Source: an uncultured bacterium (GTDB lineage Bacteria > Myxococcota_A > Bradymonadia > UBA7976 > VGTA01). From it: a stretch of 64,000 bases of DNA. Position numbers and translations under genes: made by a program. The notes under the pieces were generated by a model. That model was not told where the DNA came from and ran no database searches. It saw only the letters and a program-made list of their open reading frames with translations. Location of the stretch: NCBI GenBank assembly GCA_943788935.1, contig CALSSE010000016.1, positions 1,759 to 65,758 on the forward strand, written 5' to 3'. How positions within the stretch are numbered: position 1 is the stretch's first letter; each line of letters begins with the position of its first letter. Below, piece by piece: positions 29,414 to 39,495 of the stretch.

Positions 29414-31486
29414 CTATCGGTGCTTACGCGCTTCTGTAGCGGAGATTTTCACCATGTATTCCCCCGAGCTTTCAGGGAAACGAGCTTGATAATCACTCAG
29501 TGCTGCTCTCGCTCGAGGCTTTCCTTGATATGGCCCAATTCTCACTCGATGAACCATCTGTCCATTATCTTGCTTGACGCTCAAGATATAGGCGGGGAAA
29601 CGCTCTTTACTGATCTGATCTCGTACCTTCTCAGCGTCTGTTAATCGATATGATGCTTTGACTTGAATCGCGTAGGGTTTAGCTGAACTATCGCTTGTTT
29701 CAACAGGGGCTTCGGTCTCTGGGGTTGACTGAGGAGTCGCCAGGCGTGGAGAGGGGACATCTTGTGCTCTGTGATTAGAAGGTGATTCTACCGGTGGAGC
29801 GCTCTCAACTTTAAAAATCTCTTGAGGACCTTTGATGATCCTAAAATCTACTCGACGGTTGAGGGCTCGACCTTCATCTGTATCGTTGGAGGCTATGGGT
29901 CGTTGATCTCCATAACCAGCGGCTTCTAGACGAGTGATCTCTACACCTAAGCCTACTAAGTGTAACTTCACAGCTTCCGCTCGCTCTTGAGAGAGTTTTA
30001 GGTTGAATTGAACCCCACCCGTGTCATCGGTGTGACCTTCGATACGAACGGAGGTGATCTGTGGATGTGTCTTCATCAGACTGGCGACTTGAGCTAACAC
30101 TGGAAAGCTCTTAGTTAAAATGATCGATTCATTATGCTTAAAGAAGATCTTCTCACTTAAACCGATCAGCTGTCCCTCGGGTGAAGGTGCCTCATTGTCA
30201 GGACAGCCGTCGAGGTCATCAACTTGATTATAGGTCTCCGCTTGAAGAGGGCATCGATCGACTGTATCAGGGATACGATCACCATCATTATCAGGATCAG
30301 GGCAGCCATCGCTGTCCTCGAACTGATCACGATCCTCAGCTTGTCGTGGACATCGGTCTTGAGCGTCGCTGATACCGTCTTGGTCTATATCGTCTTCTGG
30401 GCATCCATCATGATCATCGTGGCCATCTTGATCTTCCGGCTGAGTGGGACACCGATCAACAATATCGATGAGACCGTCACCATCTTGATCAGTGAGGGGA
30501 AGCCCTCCACCTTGAGACGGCTGTGGTGTCCAAGTGAGTCCACCGAGCATGCGTAATCCGACGCTGCTAAAATCGCCTCCAATCCCAGCACCCATTCCAA
30601 AATGGACATTAAATGCTCCTTGTCGAGTAGAACGAAGTGCCATCAGGCCTTCTAATGGTGCTCGACTATAGTCCATGAATCGCTGGAAGATCTCGGCGGT
30701 AATCTCTAGATCCTCATCTACTTTGTAGCCACCGGCGATCGACCATGTGGGACCGCTACTGACGTCGAGATCGGTGACACGGTCAAAGTCTCCTCGGAGT
30801 GGACGGAGACGATAACCGAGGTTGAGGGCTACTCGTCCGGTCTCGAAGAGATACTCTCCAAATAGATTAAAGAAAGTAGAGAAGTTTCTCCTCACGAAGA
30901 GCAGCTCTTCATCTGATCGGTCATAGTCCCCAGTGGGTAGGATGCTGAGGAGATTGGCTCCGAGGCCCAAACCTCTTTGATCTTTCGGTTTAATGAAGAT
31001 CACCTTTGGGTTGAGGCGTAAGTCTCCTAAACCTTGGGCGTCGTCTACCGGAAAATTGCCATTCACTCCAGAGCTAAAGCTATAGGGTATAGCGATACCT
31101 AGCTCTACTCGATCATGAACACCAAAGGCAGCGACGAGCTCAGTTGTGGTGATGTAGCGAACAAGCACCTCTTCTACTTGACCATCGACCATGAGCAAGA
31201 GGGGGTCTCGACCATAGTGAGTATAGCCGCTGAGGTTCCATTTTCCTGGCTTGACGATTCGTGATCCCTCTACTTGAACATAGCTAAGCTGGCCATGAGT
31301 AGGGAGGAGGAATTGTAAGTCTTGAGCGCTTGACTGAGTAGATGAGGTAAGACTCATGATAACCATAAGCAAGAGAGCGAATGACAGAGTAGACACAGTG
31401 TGAGACACAGTGTGAGACACAGCGTGAACCCCTCTCTTCCCTCGAACTAATAATCTTTTGATCTCCTTAGAGGATGTCATTCTCAA
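29414..31486 (-). CDS. OmpA family outer-membrane protein: beta-barrel-like N-terminus, TSP3 repeats, OmpA domain, C-terminal SPOR domain
   Basis: DQDGDGLIDIVDRCP-type repeats. RIEGHTD...NLKLSQERAEAV...GYGDQRP...NRRVDF (OmpA). YAIQVKAS...HRVRIGPY (SPOR). Confidence 0.9.
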   Translation of the reverse strand: MRMTSSKEIKRLLVRGKRGVHAVSHTVSHTVSTLSFALLLMVIMSLTSSTQSSAQDLQFLLPTHGQLSYVQVEGSRIVKPGKWNLSGYTHYGRDPLLLMVDGQVEEVLVRYITTTELVAAFGVHDRVELGIAIPYSFSSGVNGNFPVDDAQGLGDLRLNPKVIFIKPKDQRGLGLGANLLSILPTGDYDRSDEELLFVRRNFSTFFNLFGEYLFETGRVALNLGYRLRPLRGDFDRVTDLDVSSGPTWSIAGGYKVDEDLEITAEIFQRFMDYSRAPLEGLMALRSTRQGAFNVHFGMGAGIGGDFSSVGLRMLGGLTWTPQPSQGGGLPLTDQDGDGLIDIVDRCPTQPEDQDGHDDHDGCPEDDIDQDGISDAQDRCPRQAEDRDQFEDSDGCPDPDNDGDRIPDTVDRCPLQAETYNQVDDLDGCPDNEAPSPEGQLIGLSEKIFFKHNESIILTKSFPVLAQVASLMKTHPQITSVRIEGHTDDTGGVQFNLKLSQERAEAVKLHLVGLGVEITRLEAAGYGDQRPIASNDTDEGRALNRRVDFRIIKGPQEIFKVESAPPVESPSNHRAQDVPSPRLATPQSTPETEAPVETSDSSAKPYAIQVKASYRLTDAEKVRDQISKERFPAYILSVKQDNGQMVHRVRIGPYQGKPRARAALSDYQARFPESSGEYMVKISATEARKHR

Positions 31487-31490
31487 GGCT

Positions 31491-34400
31491 CTATACTCCC
31501 TCAGTTCGACGTCTAAGTATCAAGCTGAGGAGCCCGAGAAGCAGGAGTAAACCTGAAAGTTGCCCTCTCCAGTGACCCCCTTGATCACAACTCGCAGTGG
31601 CGTAGCTACCACCTGCAAAATTTCGGTCTTCAGAAGGAGTGTACTCTCCATCAAGGTCTACATTATCGCCATCAGCATTATTTGAGCCATCAGTATTGTT
31701 TGAGCCATCATCGTTATTTGAGCCATCTGCAGCGCCACCGATCCTGACAGTTAACCAATACCGTTGCTCGGTAAGCCCTCCATCACCGACCCATGTTGAT
31801 TCGTCACTCGCTGCGCTATTATAATGTCCATCTTCGGCGACCAAAGTGATGCGGATAGGTCCTTCAGGTTGATCTTGTGGGACCTCCCAAACAACATGCC
31901 AAATACGGTCAGAGGGTTGAGCAACGATCTCCATACCAGCCGGTGCTCCTTCACCGATAGTAAGTGTCAGTGCATCAGATATTCCAGCGTCATCGAGACG
32001 AACTTCGTACACATAAGACTCACCGGGCGCGACTACTTCTACAGGGTCAGAGATGAAGGTAGGCGCAAGGTTTGAGATATGTGCCTGGATTTGTGAGACT
32101 CGAGGGGTTCTCTCATCTTGATTACTGACGGTCACTAAGTAAATGCCGTCATCGACATAGCGATGTCCAGCTTCGGCGCCCCAACGAGTAAATCCATCGC
32201 CAAAGTCCCACAACCAATCCATCGCTTGTTCTTCAACGTCATCACAAGCGGTGGGGTCTACCTTGGCTTCGAGGGTGACCAGCGCAGGGTCTACTCTGAA
32301 GACGACGCATCGTCCCTCCTCGCCAAGCACATGATCATCAGCGATCGCTGACTGATTCCAAGGACTTAAATCATAGGTGACGGTTTCTTCGGTAGAGAGG
32401 CCTGACCAAGGATCAGTGACCCTAATGGTGATCTCATAAGTGTTGGCTTCGGGGTAGGTATTGAAGGCGAGTGGGTCGAGTTGAGTTTCTATTTCCCATG
32501 TGCCATCACTCTCAAAGTCAAAGTCATAAGTGAGACCATCGGGGGAGTCGGCGTCTTCAGCGGTAACGCTAACTAGAATTTCTCCTCCCACCGTTTGAGA
32601 GATAGAGACCTCTTCTATATCGGTCGCGTTATCTTGGATGATCGCCTCGAAGCTCTGCTCAGTCATGAGGCCACGTTGGTCTGTCACGCGAACTTTACCG
32701 GGATAAGGGGTGAGCTCATTATATTCATAAGTACGATTACCTTCACCACCGGCGAGAGGACTGAAGTCAGGCTCTTCACCCATCTCGAACTCTAGTTCAT
32801 TCCCCCAGATCACTTCGTAGGAGAGAGGGCCTCCCTCGGGGTCATGAGCCTCGACCAAAAGATGAGCGCGACCTCGGGGGGTATAGGTGAGGTCTACGGC
32901 AGTGATCACCGGCGGTAACTCTTGAGCGACGACTACCGTGATCTCCTCCATGACGCCAGACCATGGATCTAGCACTCCGATCCGGACAGTATACTCATCA
33001 GCGGTAGGGAAGATATGAGACGCGGAGTTGTCAATATTGTCAGTGCTATCCCACTGAGCGTCATTATCAAAGTCCCAATAGTATCTCAGACTAGGAGAGT
33101 CTAGATCGAGTGCTTGGACAGTGAACAGTCGAGCTCCATCAGCGAGACGATTCTGTTGTACTCTAGAGATCACAGTAGGCTCGTCGATAAGATCGATCTG
33201 CGAGAAAGCGATGGTTTCTTGTCCACTCGGGTCGGTAGCTGTTACCTGTAGTGGGTAATTGATCGGTCCGAAGGGGAGAGATCGGGAGGCTGTTCCACCA
33301 AAGACTTGAGTTACGGGAGTGCCATCGCCCCAATTAAGAGTGATCGTGAGCGGTTGTCCTTCGGGGTCACGAGCTTCGATCGCGACTGTTGATTGACCAC
33401 CGGAGCGAACTGTCGGCGTGACGCTATCGATGATAGGGGGTAGGTTCTCTTCGGGCTCAAAGACGATCTCAAAGGTGTGACTTGTCTCTCCTCCTCGACC
33501 ATCAGAAGCGGTGACTGTCGCGCTATATGTCGTAAATACATCAGCTGGATAACTATGGATAAATATACCGCCACCATTGCTCTGACTCACTGAGTCATCG
33601 CCCGCTTCGAAGGTGTATCGAACAGTGTCATCATCAGGGTCAACCGCTGAGGTCACGAAGGTGATGAGCCATTCATCTCTCAAGGTGGCGAGCTGCTCAA
33701 ATTGGGGGGCGCGATTAGCGACGACGACATCTACCTCAACGGTAGTAGAAGCTCCACTCTCATCGATCACTGTGATATGAGCGGGGATGTTGTCAGCATC
33801 TGGTCCTGAATAACTGAAGCTATAGCTGTTCTGCGCAGAGCGATCGGCCTCAGGGATTCCATCAGCTCCGACATCAAAGGTGTAAACGAGCCGATCTGAC
33901 TTGAAGGGGATCGAGATGTCTAAAGGAGCGCGCGGGGCAGACTCTCCATTGTCGTCATCAACCGCCCAAGTATAGGCTGTCGCCTCATAGCCGTCAGGGA
34001 GTTCAAATGGCACTGTACCATTGGCGAGCTCAGCCTCGGTGAGGCTGAAATCCCATCCGTCGGGGCCATCTAGACTTATATAAGTGGTGAACTCATCGGC
34101 GACATCACTAGCGATGGGGTGAGCGGTAGCGCTGACACCATGCTCCGCTCGGGCGATGACAGTGATACGATAGCGTCCGTTCCCTTCAGAGATCGCTTCA
34201 GCGCTGATAATCACTGGCGGACGCTCTGTGATATCGATTCGACCCCAAGTAGCCAGCGGTGGTATATTAGGGATTAAGAACTCGATAAACTCTTCTGAGG
34301 ACAAACCGCCGCTATCGGTAGCGATGACTCTAATGACATCAACGCGAGTCCCCTCTCCATTTGGCTTATAGGTGAATGAAGGGCCCATATCATCTGGCTT

Positions 34401-37140
34401 ATCATCATAAGCGGGATCGGTGACAATCACGCCGTCTCCCTCGATTAAAGTATATTCATAAGTGATCCCGAGCGCTCCTTCAGGGTCTTCGGTTCCGCCA
34501 AGGTCAACAAATACGTCGCTGAGGCCATTTCCTCCTCCGTTGCCACCACCACCATCACCATCACCATCATCCGTGCCGACAGTAATGGTACCACAGTCCT
34601 CTCCTTCAGGAGGGGTCTCGCCAGCGCAGAGGTCGATATCAGGTGGCTCACTGTTAAGGAGGAGCTGGATACTGGCGCTGCCTTCAGCGCAGCGAGAACA
34701 GTCATCTTGATCTAGACCATCGAGACACTCGTTGGTCCACTGACCGTCATCGCACACTCTCATGGGGATAGAGATGAGCTCACCGATCGCGAGGCTAGGG
34801 TTAACTACGAAAGAGACTGTACTCTCTGTTCCATCTTCTCCCTCGTCATCATAATCACCATCGAGGTTAAGGTCGAAGTGAATGGAGACCACTCGGTCAG
34901 GAATACCGGGGGGACGAGTGTTATCGCCGGGGAATGGTGCCTGGGTAGCGTCTACATCATAGGATGCTCTACCATCAAGAGTGATGGTGCTCTCGGCATA
35001 TCCAGAATAAATGACTGTTGAACCTAGAGGGTGAGGGACTACTGTAGGTGGGTTGTTCTGCTTAGAGACCACTACTTTTACGGAGTCTACGTCATCTACA
35101 TATCGGCCGCGAGTATCGGTCACTCTTAGTCGAACACCATATTGTTCTTCCTCACCCCAATCAATATCAGGGCTGTACGAGAACGAGAATTGCTCATATG
35201 GGTCAATCGTCACAAAATCCCAGCGGATCTCAGATTGGTCAACAACCCCATCACCGTTGGTATCTTCATTACACATTTCCCCCGCATCATCACAGTCGCC
35301 ATCATCGTTTTGGTCGGTACAGCCATTGACCTCTGGTGCACAATTCGGAAGAGAGGCATCAACATAGTCGATGACATTCCATTGATAGTTAAAGATATTG
35401 ACCGAAGGGTCTAGAGTGTAAGACCAACTATGATCAAAGGTGACCTCACCGCCTGGGCTAATAAACTCTGGGAAGGCTCTGGCATACGCCCATACTTCAA
35501 GCCAAGTCTGTATGACTTGGATGATAAGACCGGTGCGCTCATTGGTACCAATATAGCTCCCCCATCCCCAGCCTCCTACCCAATTCCATGAGCCATTCGC
35601 TTGTTGACGAGCGCTTCACGTCATTTGTGCGGGTAGAATAGCCTGAGACAAAGAAATCGACCATTACTTTGCTCCAGTCAGTACCGTTAGGCAATAATTT
35701 TACCTCGGGGACAAAAGAGCGTAAACCTTTGGTAGTCGCGTAAATAAAGTATAATCCCCAATGAGCGTCGTCATTCATAAACCAATCTTGAGCGGCGTTG
35801 ATCGAGGCTTGTGTTTGGCCTGCTCCGCTATTGACTTGGTTCTCTGTCCAGCCATAGCCAACGAGAGCGTTACCTGAGAGCTTTGGCCCTCCACCATGAT
35901 ACGAACAGTATCCGTTACTGCAGTAGGAACTTAACCAGCTGCGATGGTTATTTTTGGCAAAGTCATAGGTTTCAATGCCATATTTTCTCTCTAGGATGCG
36001 CAGCGCCTCTGGAGCCCAACCAGTGGTAGAGGCGTCAGTTGTGGAGCCACCTCCACAAGAGTAGTACCAGCCCCCATTTGAGGTCATGCAGCGAACGAGG
36101 CCATCAGCGAGGTCTTGACCGATATCCTTGAGTGTCCGGTTATGAGTAGCCTCTCCACCGGCTTGAGAGACATAATTGGGGTCACCAAAATTAGCGAGCG
36201 GCTCAACCCATGCTGTTGACTCATAACTAGACCAATGGCTAGAGAGGATCCCATGAGCGGAAGTGAAAGCGATCGCGAACCCATCCCGACCAGCGGTGTC
36301 TGTGTCATTAAACCCTGAGCTGACATAGGTCATGGTATCCATCATGGCGTGAAGACCACATTGGGTGAAGTTACGATAATAGGGGTCGCTCTCTCGTCCT
36401 GCACCATGACCGTGGCCGCGGCGTAAAAAAGCGTTCATCGCATGACCAGTCGCGTATAGTTTCTTCGAACCAGGGACAGTACAAGTATGAATGTTATGCC
36501 CCGCAGCATCAGTAGAGCTGTGCAGTGTTCTCGTGAATAAATACCACAGGCCGCGATCTACGGTTCGATCGGAGTACACTTGCCGACTTAGGTCGAGGTT
36601 GTCCCCGACGTCACAGCCTGCATTCGTAGCGTTATTAGCGTAGTTGCTACAGATTCGATTCACTCGAATCAGTACCGGCATAGTTGAAGTCGCGACCTCT
36701 TCTCCACACTGCACTTGTACCTTAGGGTAATAAATTCTATCCCCTTCAGCATCAGGGAATGTGACCTCTAGGGGGAGGGGTGCGAAATAATTGGAGTAAG
36801 CAGCGCTGCTCGCCTGTTGGAACTCCTCATTAGCATCGTCATAATCACCGTCACCATTCCAATCCCATCGATAACTATAATTGGGAGAGCAGGTGCCATG
36901 TTCAGCGATCGCTTGGAGCATTGTTGGTAGCCCATTGACCGCTATATGTGGGATCTCAGGTTTACCTTGTACCCATTGTATCGAGGTGACCTTAAGAGGT
37001 TCTGCAGACGCTGTGGAGCTTGTTGCCGAATAACAGCCTATAACCACAATAGCGGAGAGTAAGGATAAATAGCCGTCCAGATAAGGGACAAATCTATTAT
37101 ATTTTGTGCCCTTAGGTATGTCTGTGCTTGATGTGCTCAT
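31491..37140 (-). pseudogene. About 1882-aa surface protein (QW-motif alpha/alpha-toroid-like region, many PKD/Ig-like domains, MYXO-CTERM-like tail) split by a 1-nt frameshift near 35615; either a real lesion or a sequence error
   Basis: ORF 35539..37140 reads ...TNDV. Removing one A near 35615 continues SARQQANGSWNWVGGWGWG with no stop into ORF 31491..35276. PKD motifs YYWDFDND, WLWDFGDG, YDFDFESDG. Tail SCDQGG...LLLLLGLLSLILRRR. Confidence 0.8.
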
Positions 37141-37327
37141 ATTTGCCTCATGAATATATGATTTCGTGATTAAACAAAATCTTGAGATCAGCAGCGTATA
37201 TCTAGTGAGTACCTCGCCACTGAGCTTATTACCTTTAAGATAGGTATTTCTACTTAATTACCTTTCATAATCTTGGCTGTTACGCAAAAGATCTGCAAGG
37301 TCTAAATATATGATCAAGAAAGAAAGA

Positions 37328-39241
37328 CTAGTTCATCTCGAGACCCTTTTCTGTTAAGGATTCAGAATGATTAAGTTTGTCACTCAGGCTGCGGGGGATA
37401 AGAGGTGATGTCTCAAGTACTGAGAGGATACCCTCAGCGATCTGCTCTCCAAGTTGACGATATCCTGTAGGGCTGAGATGGACTAAATCGAGCTGACTCC
37501 ACCGATCTGGTTTAGCACAAGCCCAAGATCTCATAGAGCCGGTTCCCCCCATGTCTGCTAGGGTATCATAAACGATACAACCTTCAGCGAGACCGACTCT
37601 TTTCTGAAGATCAACGATTGATTCAAGGTATAAGGGGGCTCGATAAGCGCAGCTTGACCTGTAGGTCTCCCATTGTTTGTCTGTTTTCACCTCGGGGACA
37701 GGGAAGCGATGGCGACCACGTTTACGATGGTTTACCAGTTCATCAGGAGCACAGACACGGGACCATCGCGTGCGATTAAGCTCCTCTAAGAAATCAGGGC
37801 GCTTACTCTTTCGCTTTAAATATCTACGTTGGCGCTTGGTGAGATAGCAGTTACGGTCTCGTCGACCAAAATCGGGGGGAGTGATTATGAGACAGGAGGC
37901 TTGAGGCGCTTGGGCTTTGAGGCGTTGGATGAGTCCTCTGAAGCGATCTTCGTATATTTTCAGACTTCCTGATTCTCTAGCAGCAGTATTCGTACCGAAC
38001 CATAGGGCGATCAGCTGCGGAGATTCTGATTGAATCCACTGGTTCAAGGTCTCATCTGCTTGAGTGTAAGGACTCCAGATCGTCGCTCCTCGAACTCCCA
38101 TAGAGTACAGTTGAACAGCCTTCTTATGGCTAGCATTTAGTGGTTCGGCTTTGAAGCCGAGGAGCTGTAGATAAGGCTTTTTGGGAAATATTAGCCGAGA
38201 ATCAGTGGCATAGCTCGGCGCTTTGATTCGCTTGTAAAATGCGTCTCTCTTGTGACGAGGATACCTCTTTCTAACCCTCGCTCTCTGTCTTTTAATGGAT
38301 CTCCTGCTCCGCTCACGTTTCTTCAACAACTGACGCCCAACCTTGAAACCGCGACTCAGCGAGAGCGTCAAACTATGACCGGCGAGTAACTCGATCTCAA
38401 TGGAGCCGAGCTTTTGTTCTCCCTCGATGAGCTCCCCAGCAAGGTGACAAGAAGTGACAGAGTGATCTTGATCTGAGGTTAGACAAAAGGGTAACTCCTC
38501 GCCAGTACGCTCGAAGTAAGCGGTGATTTTTAACCCTTGGTGACCTTCACTCTTCAGGGTGACAGTGGCGTCTTTATCTTGAGTCGCGAAAGCGATCCCT
38601 AACGGTCCAAAAGAGCCTTTGTCTCTGCGGTATAACCAGTTTTGCCTCAGCCATACTCCTTGGGTATTTACCTCAAAAGCGCTATGGATAGGATGGTCGA
38701 CTGTCACAAAGCCCGAAGTAGATAGAGTAGATGAATGAGAAGAGCCCTGATGGGCTTCAGGGATGGAGGGATTTAGGCGATCTCTAAGCGTCTGAGCGAT
38801 GGCCTCGCCGATGTAACCTCCCTGGGTATGTGAATCACCGTAGAGTACTGTTTTAAACGGTGTGTTTTTTTTATTCAGGTCTCGATAAAGTTTACCAACA
38901 GCTTCGGAGGGTAGAAGCATAGAGCCCCAGACTCGATCTGAAGGCGTGAACACTTGAGGAGAGATCGATGTCGTCTCATCCAAAGACTCTTTGGGGGAGG
39001 GCGTTGCTGTCAGTAATGGTTTTGAAGACACTTCAATGGCGCGTCTCACCTCTCTACTTTCCAATGCAATCCGTGAGGAGCTCAGCTTCATTGTCTGTTG
39101 CAGAGACTCTTGAGGAGCGATGGGGAAATTACTGGTCGAGGCGCAGCTAGAATGGCAACTAGAAAAGAGGATGGCGATCCCTAGGAGTCCAAACTCACTG
39201 GTGGAGATCGACCTGCGCTTGTCAAGCGTGATACGCCGCAT
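37328..39241 (-). CDS. SGNH/GDSL hydrolase lipoprotein (Ape1/PatB-like O-acetyl esterase or transferase)
   Basis: Blocks YGDSHT, GVRGA, FGTN, DLVH. Lipobox-like FSSC. GGAG RBS. Confidence 0.8.
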   Translation of the reverse strand: MRRITLDKRRSISTSEFGLLGIAILFSSCHSSCASTSNFPIAPQESLQQTMKLSSSRIALESREVRRAIEVSSKPLLTATPSPKESLDETTSISPQVFTPSDRVWGSMLLPSEAVGKLYRDLNKKNTPFKTVLYGDSHTQGGYIGEAIAQTLRDRLNPSIPEAHQGSSHSSTLSTSGFVTVDHPIHSAFEVNTQGVWLRQNWLYRRDKGSFGPLGIAFATQDKDATVTLKSEGHQGLKITAYFERTGEELPFCLTSDQDHSVTSCHLAGELIEGEQKLGSIEIELLAGHSLTLSLSRGFKVGRQLLKKRERSRRSIKRQRARVRKRYPRHKRDAFYKRIKAPSYATDSRLIFPKKPYLQLLGFKAEPLNASHKKAVQLYSMGVRGATIWSPYTQADETLNQWIQSESPQLIALWFGTNTAARESGSLKIYEDRFRGLIQRLKAQAPQASCLIITPPDFGRRDRNCYLTKRQRRYLKRKSKRPDFLEELNRTRWSRVCAPDELVNHRKRGRHRFPVPEVKTDKQWETYRSSCAYRAPLYLESIVDLQKRVGLAEGCIVYDTLADMGGTGSMRSWACAKPDRWSQLDLVHLSPTGYRQLGEQIAEGILSVLETSPLIPRSLSDKLNHSESLTEKGLEMN

Positions 39242-39495
39242 AGCTCTCCTTCGGAGATGATCGAATATGGAACAGATAAAGATGGTGGGGCAGAGTGAAC
39301 GAAAACATATGGAGGGTCAAGTGCTTGAGCGTCTTAGATGAGGCAATCTCCATGACCATACGTTTCAGAGTTGAGCTTTGACTTCATTCACAGTTAAGAT
39401 ACTCCCACCTCTCAAATAACCGAGCTAAAGTGTTGAGGACAATTGACATGAAAACAATTGACATGAAAACAACGTGTATGAAAGAGAGTGACTAG

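Noticed and set aside
31491..35276. Stand-alone 1261-aa gene starting at Met 35276
   Set aside because: It has no signal peptide, and the frame stays open upstream to the frameshift near 35615, so it is the 3' part of the gene starting at 37140.
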